DNA from: Octopus vulgaris
Lineage: Eukaryota
Assembly: GCA_951406725.2 (NCBI GenBank)
Contig: OX597835.1
Coordinates: 40,982,001 to 41,046,000, forward strand
Direction: 5' to 3'
Length of the DNA: 64,000 nt
In this document: positions 1 through 8,790 of the stretch, piece after piece
How positions within the stretch are numbered: the first letter of the stretch is position 1
Layout of the letters: each line of letters begins with the position of its first letter
The notes under the pieces: generated by a model
What the model was told of the DNA's origin: nothing
What the model saw: only the letters and a program-made list of their open reading frames with translations
Databases searched by the model: none
Made by a program: the position numbers and the translations under genes

Positions 1-683
1 GTTTATATCGATTGGGACAGTCATATCAATGAGGAGGCATTCTTTGTCTGAAGTCTTTCAATAAGATGTCTGGCTTATTTGCATCTATCTTTCTTTCAGT
101 TTGAATGGTGAAGTTCCAGAGGAGTGAGATGTGGTCATTTTCAAGCACTGGAGGTGGTTTGTGTTCCCACCAGTTTTTTTCATGGGGCAAATCCAGGTTT
201 TTGCAAATTACCCAGTGAATATATTGTGCAGCTCTATCATGCCTGTTGAGATACTCTGTAGGCGCTAGAAGACTGCACTTGGAGACAACATGATCAATGG
301 TTTCATTTTGTTGTTGACATACAACGACATGTTGGGCAACTGCCGTTCTTTAATATGTTGGCCTGGTAGTTCCTTGTAGGTAGGCATTGATCTTGAGCTG
401 CTATGATAAACCCTTCTGTTTCAGATTTTAAGCCAGAGGCCATTAGCCATTGATGGGTCAGGGCTTTGTCAACATCTGCATTATTCGCTTTCTTTGGGTA
501 TTTGCCATTGAGAGGTTTTTCTTGCCATTTATCATTCAGAATATCTAAGGCAGCAGTTTTAGCACGGGTTTTCATGCTCTTAGCTTTTTCTGTGCTTGTT
601 TCTTGTATGTCTAATTCCGAAATTTGTTGTATTCGGAATTCACTTAGATATTCCTTTGCCTGTTTTGTTACTGAGTATGATGC
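1..683 (-). mobile_element. 5'-truncated RLE-type non-LTR retrotransposon fragment (R4/Dong-like), continuing beyond the window start
   Basis: Minus-strand translation gives ETEGFIIAAQDQCLPTRNY...CPTCRC, then after a frameshift TIDHVVSKC...RHDRAAQYIHW...LWNFTIQTERKIDANKPDI. This is a CCHC knuckle followed by a PD-type restriction-like endonuclease. It abuts a (TAA)n tract. Confidence 0.8.
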
Positions 684-724
<41 letters not shown>

Positions 725-746
725 CATTATTATCATTATTATTATT
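684..746. repeat. (TTA)n/(TAA)n microsatellite
   Basis: Directly visible trinucleotide run. Confidence 0.95.
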
Positions 747-1432
747 GTGTAACAACAATAAAACTTTTCCCCACACCCTACCTCATGTATGATTAGCTTT
801 TGTGATATGAGTAAATTTAAACCTAGACATCCAGATCTGAAAAAAATGGGTTGATTAAGTTGTAGTGGCACAAGCAATCAGCGCCATATTGGATGAGATT
901 TCACAGCAGCCATTGCGATCTCCAAGACTGGAGCAAGACCTCACCTGCATCCATTTACCATGCACGAGATCACAATGAGGCTCGCGATGGCAAACTAGAT
1001 ATAAGGGACCAACAGAAAGAGATTCATTCTCTTTTAGCCACAAGCGCTTGCTGAGCACACTTCACTGGCTAGGTCTCCAAGCTAGTCCTGTCTGCATGTT
1101 GTATCTCCAGAGGCAATGGGCTCACGTTAACGGAAATACAACTAAACGCACACAGCTCGAGATGGTTGCTGAGAGCAACACACTTCACCTGTTCTGTGAA
1201 ACTTGCAAATAAACCAGATGTAAATTGCATTTGTACTTAAAGACTTCTTTCCTCACCTGCTGGAGCCTGAACTACACAAAGAGCAATATTCACCCGATAT
1301 CGTAAACCTTGCCGCCCGTTATAAAGTAAAGTAATTGTTTTTGGTGTGATGGGTAAACAATATGCAGTGTGGGCAATATGTGGGGAATTCTACGTTTCGT
1401 AGGAATTTCAGGAAAATTTTCTCTTATTTCCA

Positions 1433-1665
1433 TACTCTTTACTCTTACTCTTTTACTTGTTTCAGTCATTTGACTGCAGCCATGCTGGAGCACCGCCTTT
1501 TGTCGAGCAAATCGGCCCCAGGACTTATTCTTTGTAAGCCTAGTACTTATTCTATCGGTCTCTTTTGCCGAACTGCTAAGTTACAGGGACGTAAACACAC
1601 AAGCATCAGTTGTCAAGCGATGTTGGGGGGACAAACACAGACACACAAAACATATACACACACAT

Positions 1666-1702
<37 letters not shown>

Positions 1703-1887
1703 AATATATATATATACATATATACGACAGGCTTTTTTCAGTTTCCGTCTACCAAATCCACTCACAAGGCTTTGGTTGGCCCGAGGCTATAGTAGAAGAC
1801 ACTTGCCCAAGGTGCCACGCAATGGGACTGAACCCAGAACCATGTGGTTGGTAAGCAAGCTACTTACCACACAGCCACTCCTGCGCC
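1433..1887 (-). mobile_element. tRNA-derived SINE family A with internal (TA)n/(TG)n microsatellite; other copies ~5385-5790(-), 25100-25485(+), 27898-28280(-), 29540-29912(-), 35090-35528(+), 37330-37580(+, partial), 49200-49652(-), 51257-51680(+), 63385-64000(-)
   Basis: Head GGAGTGGCTGTGTGGTAAG (A-box) ... GGTTCAGTCCC (B-box), a shared body and a (AAGAGTA)n-like tail. Many near-identical copies occur on both strands. Confidence 0.9.
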
Positions 1888-2279
1888 ATGGCAACATTGG
1901 CATAACATTTTTGTCCTGAAAGTGAAAATGACTTCTGCACATATTTCAAATTAAACATTTTAAACCAAATTCTTACCTCACTCATTGACTCAGAAATTCC
2001 TTTTTAATTCTCTCTCCTTTCTCTAATCTCCCTTTCTCTCTCTAGCTCACTCCTCATTCCTCTCCAATTTACACACCCCTCTCTAATTCACTCTCATGTT
2101 TCTTTCTTCCTTTATTTCACCACCACCCCTGCTTCCACCTTCAGTCAACCATTTCCCTCCCCCTCTGTCTGTCTGTCTGTCTGTCTTTCAAGTACATCTT
2201 TTACATTGTGATCCTTCAATACCTGAAATACCTTTAACGATCTTAAATTTTCCTCCGTTTCCCTGTCTTTCTCTTCCAG

Positions 2280-2377
2280 TCCAGTGAAAGACACTGTTGT
2301 GGTCAATGACCGATGGGGAGCTGGAACTGCTTGTCACCATGGAGACTTTTACACATGCCATGATAGATATAATCCTG
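2280..2377 (+). CDS. FUCA: alpha-L-fucosidase (GH29), internal exon; upstream exons lie outside the window
   Basis: ttccag| (S)[32 protein letters not shown](G) |gtgagt. Matches the FUCA1/FUCA2 VVNDRWG motif. Confidence 0.95.
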
Positions 2378-2546
2378 GTGAGTACAAAATACCAAATGAC
2401 TGATATATAGAAAGATAGTTATATGCTACTTGGAACATGTTTTTGTCTGTTAAAATGGTGAGATGGTGCTTGAAAAAGTTTCTAAGGTTAACTCTTTAAG
2501 CAACATGGTTCCCAGGGCAGGTGTATAACATCATTTTGTGAGACAT

Positions 2547-2774
2547 TTAACCCTTTAGTGTTTAAACCGGCCATATCCGGCCAAAATATTCTACCTGTTT
2601 TATGTTCAAACTAGTCAGATATGGTCATTCATAGCTACCTTATTGTGTCATTTTAAAAATAAACAATCACATCATTGAAATCTCAAAGCCATGAAATGAT
2701 GCAGGATTAATTTTACATGGTGTGAATACATAAGCTTTACATTTGACAGAATAATCTGAATGCTAAAGGGTTAA
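2547..2774. mobile_element. piggyBac-like MITE (TTAA ends, CCCTTT termini); related copies ~24123-24805 (interrupted), 25618-26460 (interrupted), 30116-30333, 46482-46710
   Basis: TTAACCCTTTAG ... CTAAAGGGTTAA termini and a shared internal sequence. Confidence 0.75.
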
Positions 2775-3391
2775 GCAGTTGAGAGACCAATCTTTTTCTG
2801 TACATGATGCCAGCCTGTTGAAAATTACTACAACTGTAGTAATTGTGACCCAGCATCAGATGTTATTAACTACAACTGATGTGTGTGGGATCCTGTTAAA
2901 CTAGTCTCAACTTTGTTTGATTGGAATCAAGTAGATTTGAGGCCATGTATAACAGGATCACTGCACATCAGTTATCGGTTCGAAGCTGACGAAATAAACT
3001 GTGACATGCATTCAGTTTGAATCGATCTGTTTGACATGAACTTGCTTTCACCCCCCAAAATCGAAGAAATAAACTGACATGAACTCTAATTGAGTCAATC
3101 TTTATTGTTGACGATAATAAGCTGACAAAATTTGATCTTCAGTGTTGAAAAGGTAAGCTGTGACATGAGCTTGGCTTAACTTAATCTTCTCCAAAATTGA
3201 AGAGAGAAAACTGATGAAAAAGAAAATACATTATTCTGATTGTTAACCTCATGTTTTCTACTTAAGATTTAAATGTTTAAAAAAAGTTTAAATAATTTAA
3301 TTTGTTATTACATGACATATATATACACTGAGATAGATCTGGAGATAATTATCAGTAAACCTTTTTCTTCTTCTAAATGTCATTCATCCAG

Positions 3392-3524
3392 GTAAATTGA
3401 TAACTCACAAATGGGAGAATGCCATGACTATTGATAAAAAAGCCTGGGTCTACCGGCGCCAAGCTCGCTATTCCGACTTTTATTCCATCGAAGGGCTGAT
3501 ATCTCTGCTGGTCGAGACCGTCAG
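3392..3524 (+). CDS. FUCA: alpha-L-fucosidase exon
   Basis: atccag| (G)[43 protein letters not shown](S) |gttggt. Phases are compatible with both neighbouring exons. Confidence 0.95.
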
Positions 3525-3911
3525 GTTGGTACTGACTTTGTTTGGTATCTTGTATTTTCATTTTTGTTATTTTTGTGGATTAAAAGAATTGTCGGGGAAT
3601 CAATCAGAATGCCTTACATTATTAGTTGTGGACCCTGTTCCTTTTGAGTTCAAATACAATTTATTTTACATCCCTTTCAGGAATTAATGGAATTAAAGTA
3701 CCAGTTAAGTACTGGGGATGATTTAATCAACTGTTCCATCCACAGTTATTAAAAGCCATGTGTTTATGTTAGAAAACAAAATTGTTGTTTGTAGTTCTGT
3801 GTTCTTGTTTGAAGAGATCAAAGATAGGGGTAGATGTATTGATAGGGTAGGGTAGGTCAAACAGTTGTGTACCTGAATGATTTCATATTAAATGCGGCCA
3901 TAGCTAGTTGC

Positions 3912-4240
3912 GTGAAGGTGCATGGCTCAGTGGTCGAACTTACGATCATGAGGTTGTGAGTTCGAATCCCGGACTGAGCTGTGTGTTGTGTTCTTGAGCA
4001 AGAAACTTCATTTCACGTTGCTCCAGTTCACTCAGCTGTAGAAATGAGTTGCGACATCACAGGTGCCAGGCTGTATTGGCTTTTACCTTTCCCTTGGATA
4101 ACACTGGTGGTGTGGAGAGGGGAGGACGGTATGCAGGGGCGACTGCTGGTCTTCCATAAACAACCTTTCCCAGACTTGGGCCTCGAAGGGTAACTTTCTA
4201 GGTGCAATCCCATGGTCAGGCATGACCGAAGGGGGTCTCA
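3912..4240 (+). mobile_element. tRNA-derived SINE (older family, CORE-like centre)
   Basis: TGGCTCAGTGG A-box and GTTCGAATCCC B-box, then TTGAGCAAG...CACTCAGCTG. Diverged relatives at ~10330, 19590 and 47020. Confidence 0.7.
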
Positions 4241-5017
4241 GTTAGGTTGCTTAATTGGGAGATTGGTCAAGCAGTTGTAGAAGTTAAGTGTTTTATCTTG
4301 TGTTATGTTTGTGACTATGAAACTTTGCTTTTAAATAAACAGCTAAGTCCATCTTGTATGATTCAAGAATGTCACCTTAGACTGTTTGGTCATGCCTGAT
4401 TTTTTAAGTTGGATCCATGTTCTCTTTTCCAAGGATTTGGCTGGGGTGGTGGCTTGTGGTGATTAGCCGCCTCATGGTCACAGCGGGTGAGTGAGTATTT
4501 TGCGAGGATGGGAATTGATGGGTACACTGACCATAGGATTGCCTGGGATGACCCAAACAAATACCAACAATTGATAGACACAGCAACAAGCTGCAACAGT
4601 GCACACCTCCATACCTGACCTGACCTAGTCCATCTGGCTGCAAGGAGGTGCTTGCTTTCAAATTTTGACACTGCACCAGCAATTTTAGAGGAGGGTAAGT
4701 AAGTTACATCAACCCCAGTATTCAACTGGTACCTATCTCATTGAACCTGAAGGGATGAAAGGCAAAGTTGACCCTGGTGGTTGTTGAACTCAGAATGTAA
4801 AGACGGACAAAATAGTTGCAGGAGTGGCTGTGTGGTGCTTGAAAAATAAGAGGTGTTACCTTAGTTCACTGGTAGTGAACAGCTGACACTGTAGTACATT
4901 TCCAGTGTTAGTAGCTGTGCAAAAGCAATAATAATGATAATAATAATGATAATTACTTTGACTTTACTTGCTAATGCTGTTGTTGTCGATTGATTGGATC
5001 AACAAATTTATTTTTAG

Positions 5018-5188
5018 CTGTGGAGGAAACATACTTATGAACGTTGGACCCACCCATGATGGACGTATTGCTCCAATTTTTGAAGAGAGATTGCTCCAAC
5101 TTGGTCAATGGCTCAAAGTCAATGGAGAGGCCATCTATGCCAGCAGACCTTGGACCTACCAGAACGACACATATACAAAGAAAGTTTG
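5018..5188 (+). CDS. FUCA: alpha-L-fucosidase exon
   Basis: ttttag| [56 protein letters not shown](W) |gtaaga. Contains the GH29 GGN-L-N-GP and NGEAIY motifs. Confidence 0.97.
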
Positions 5189-6149
5189 GTAAGAATATTT
5201 GCTTCCATTATCTTCGTTTGTCTGAAATTGTTGTTGTTGTTTAACCTAGGTCAGCCGTCATTTAGCTGACATCGTGTACCTTGCAAAACATTTAGCAATG
5301 TGCCATTCATACTTTACAAGACAGCAGAATAATTCAACGGTGTGGAGGGCATATACATATATGAATACCTATATATAACAAATGATACTCTTTTACTTGT
5401 TTCAGTCATTTGACTGTGGCCATGCTGTAGCACCGCCTTTAGTCGAGCAAATCGACCCCAGGACTTATTCTTTGTAAGTCCAGTACTTATTCTATCGGTC
5501 TCTTTTGCCAAACCGCTAAGTTACGGGGACGTAAACACACCAGCATCGGTTGTCAGGCAATGTTGAGGGAACAAGCACAGACACACAAACATATACACAC
5601 ATACATATATGTATATATACATATATACGACGGGCTTCTTTCAGTTTCCGTTGACCAAATCCACTCACAAGGCTTTGGTCGATTTAAGGCTATAGTAGAA
5701 GACACTTGCCCAAGGTGCCACCCAATTGGCCTGAAAACGGAACCATGTGGTTCATAAGCAAGCTACTTACCACACAGCCACTCCTACACCTGATAGAGAC
5801 AGAAAATGGAATATCCAAGAGACTTTATTGCCCACAGTGATTGTTTCAATCCATCTTGAATCACCCCTTCACAGTGAACATGCTTCATCGGCTAACTACT
5901 AGGAACACACCCAACACTTAAATAATTATTCTCTCTCTCTCTCTCTTTCATACACACACACACATGAATGAGTAAAAGAAGAAAATGGCTCCATCAGATT
6001 GGAAAGAAACCTCTTCCCCCTCTCTCTCTCTCTCCTTTATTATCTAGTGCTTTTGTTCATTTTTCGAAGTCAAAATCGAAATCAAAATGGTAAAAACAGA
6101 ACATTTCATTGTTCATTTATATGAATCGGATGCTTTTAAGTAAAAAGTT

Positions 6150-6612
6150 TCCTGAATGCCTTACTTCCCTGGGTATGGACACATTGACGTCTGGCAGCTG
6201 ACTTGGTAGACACCCATAAAATTATCAACCATCTTACAAACAATAACTCTGAGCACCTTTTCAAACTCCACCTGTCTAACACCCGTGGACATGTTTACAA
6301 AGTCAGAAAACAGCACAGCTCCCATGACTTTAGGAAACATCTTTTCACGCTGAGAGTTTCTGAAGCATGGAACAAACTGCCAACATCAGTTGTTAGTTGT
6401 CGGAGCACTGCATCCTTCAAAACTTCCATGCTTCCTGAGATTCGCCAACACTCCACCTGATTTTCTCCCCTCCATACACACGCAAGCATGTATCTGACTC
6501 ATACACTGTTCACTTCCCAGACATTTGTACATTACTGCATACACTTTATATGCACTTTTTGACAAGTTGTGGTGCACCTGAGCACTGTATACAATAATTT
6601 CATTATTATTAT
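6150..6612 (+). mobile_element. CR1/L2-group LINE 3' end
   Basis: DLVDTHKIINH...NTRGHVYKVRK...FTLRVSEAWNKLP is a typical CR1 ORF2 C-terminus. It is followed by a 3' UTR and an (ATT)n tail. Confidence 0.85.
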
Positions 6613-6809
6613 TTTTAATTCTTCATTTTACTCGAAGTAATAGCTTCCCGTATACTTTTACAGGTGTAACAACTTGTCCTGTACTTTTCCAGGTTTATAA
6701 TCTTAAGAATATTGCTTTCCATGCTCACATTTTTCCATGTAATATATATGTATGTGTATGTGTGTATGCATATGTATATATATAGGCATATGTATGTATA
6801 TGTGTATTT

Positions 6810-6985
6810 CTCTCCATGTTTCTCTCCTTGTTTTTTTTCTGTGTATCTTTCTGTCGAAGAGCGTAGGCTCGAAACGTAAAAGACTTTTTCTATTTCTATT
6901 CCTGAGCGCTATACTAATACATTTGTTTGTTTGTACTCTACTTGCCTTCGTCTTTTGTTTATTTTCGTAAACTTTCCTGTTATAT
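6810..6985 (+). mobile_element. short interspersed repeat carrying a hammerhead-ribozyme-like motif (Penelope pLTR/retrozyme-like); relatives ~22960-23135, 34230-34365, 62030-62220, 62396-62540
   Basis: Pyrimidine-rich body with CYGANGA-R-GAGY-loop-RCTC-GAAAY-GTH, then CCTGAG... in most copies. Flanked by TA/TG microsatellites. Confidence 0.65.
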
Positions 6986-7218
6986 GTGTATATATATGCA
7001 TATGTATGTATATGTGTATATATATGCATATGTATGTATATGTGTATATATATGCATATGTATGTATATGTGTATATATATGCATATGTACATATATGTG
7101 CATATATACATGTGTGTGTGTATGCATATGTATGTGTATGTATGTATATATATGTGAGTGTGTGTATCTATATATGCATATCTATGTATATGTGTATATA
7201 TACATGTGCGTGTGTGTT
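6985..7218. repeat. (TA/TG/CA) compound microsatellite
   Basis: Directly visible; source of spurious MYIC-type ORFs. Confidence 0.95.
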
Positions 7219-7286
7219 TATGAATACATAATATTGCTCCATGCCGTTATCTGGTTTTCTTGTCTTACCATTTCTCTCCCCTCCAG

Positions 7287-7542
7287 GTACACCAGTAAAA
7301 TGGAGAACAACACAAAAGTCGTGTATGCTGCGATGTTGTTTTGGCCAAATACTAATATTGTCATCCTTGGAGCTGTAAAACCAACGTCAAGAACAGTTGT
7401 CCACATGCTTGGTTATCCAGAGCCAATTGGATACGTTTACTTTCCTTCAATTGGGCTTCAAATTGACCTACCCAACATCCCTATATCGAGCTTACCATGT
7501 GACTGGGCATGGGTGTTTAAAATTACAAACCTTGAGGAATAA
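7287..7542 (+). CDS. FUCA: alpha-L-fucosidase last coding exon
   Basis: ctccag| (W)YTSKMENNTKVVYAAMLFWPNTN...LPCDWAWVFKITNLEE TAA. Fucosidase C-terminal beta domain. The four exons splice into one open frame. Confidence 0.95.
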
Positions 7543-7555
7543 ATTTACTCTCTCT

Positions 7556-7631
7556 TTATCTATCTATCTATCTACCTACCTACCTACCTACCTACCTATC
7601 TATCTATCTACCTACCTACCTACCTACCTAC

Positions 7632-7669
<38 letters not shown>

Positions 7670-7920
7670 GTCTATCTATCTACCTACATACCTACCTACC
7701 TACCTATCTACCTACATACCTATCTATGTATCTATCTATCTGTCAATCTATCTATCTATCTACCTACCTACCTACCTATCTACATACCTACCTACCTATC
7801 TATCTGTCTATCTATCTACCTACCTACCTACCTACCTACCTATCTATCTATCTATCTACCTACCTACCTACCTATCTATCTGTCTGTCTGTCTATCTACC
7901 TGTCTGTCTGTCTGTCTACG
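7556..7920. repeat. (TATC)/(TACC)/(TGTC) tetranucleotide microsatellite immediately after the FUCA stop codon
   Basis: Directly visible. Confidence 0.95.
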
Positions 7921-8149
7921 CATTTATACAAAGACAAATGGATATTTATATGTATATATCACATATATATATAACATATGTATGTATGTATGTATGTATA
8001 TATATGTATTAATTGAAGTGTACAGTATTATATAACCATTACAGCTGATCTAACTAATTTGTTTCACATTGGGGTCCGGTGGGGTGTTAGATAACAGCTC
8101 AATTACTTAACCCTGCACTCTTCAGAGATGGCAGTTATAGAAAATATGG

Positions 8150-8790
8150 TGACTGCTCCGTATTGTTTGAGGTGAGAAGCATTAAAACTCACATGGGTAA
8201 GATTTTCCTGAGCTTAGCAGACAAACACTTCCCTGATACAAATAGGTTCAGTGAAATATTAAATAGGCACACCCTGAGGGCTTCTTTTGGTTGTGCACCT
8301 AATGTAAAAAGGATATTAGTTGGTAGACCCACACCTGAGACAGAGATAGGATGCTCATGTAGGAGTACCACATGTCCATTTAATGGCCACTATAATATAG
8401 AAACCATTGTGTTTGAGGCAGAGGTAACAGCAATTGGACTAAATGAGGAGCTAAATGTGCAAAAGTATGTGGGTGTAACTGAAGAGCCCTTCATAACCTG
8501 ATACAACAACCACAAGTCCTATTTCAACATCCTGGAGAAACAAAGCACCACAACCCTGGGCAAGTACATGTGGAAGTTGAAAGAGTGCTATAGAATACAA
8601 CATAAAGTGGAGAATATTAGAAAAATTCCAAGTTTACTTCAATAGGAGCAGGAAGTGCAGATTATGTCTAACTGAGAAAAGAGCCGTATTAAAGAACTCT
8701 CAGTACTCAGACATCTATTTGAATAGCTGATATGAAATTTTTAATCCATGCCCACATGAAAGGAAATACATTCTAGCATACCTACATGCC
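8150..8790 (+). mobile_element. Penelope-like retroelement remnant (RT C-terminal linker + GIY-YIG endonuclease), disrupted
   Basis: SIKTHMGKIFLSLADKHFP...CSCRSTTCPFNGH..ETIVFEAEV...KYVGVTEEPF.*YNNHKS...LGKYMWKLK...KCRLCLTEK...CPH. Stops and frameshifts are present. Confidence 0.85.

Noticed and set aside
860-1330. Possible upstream FUCA exon
   Set aside because: No GH29 motif (e.g. WSDG) in the + strand frames I translated and no fitting splice sites. It is probably an unclassified TE remnant.
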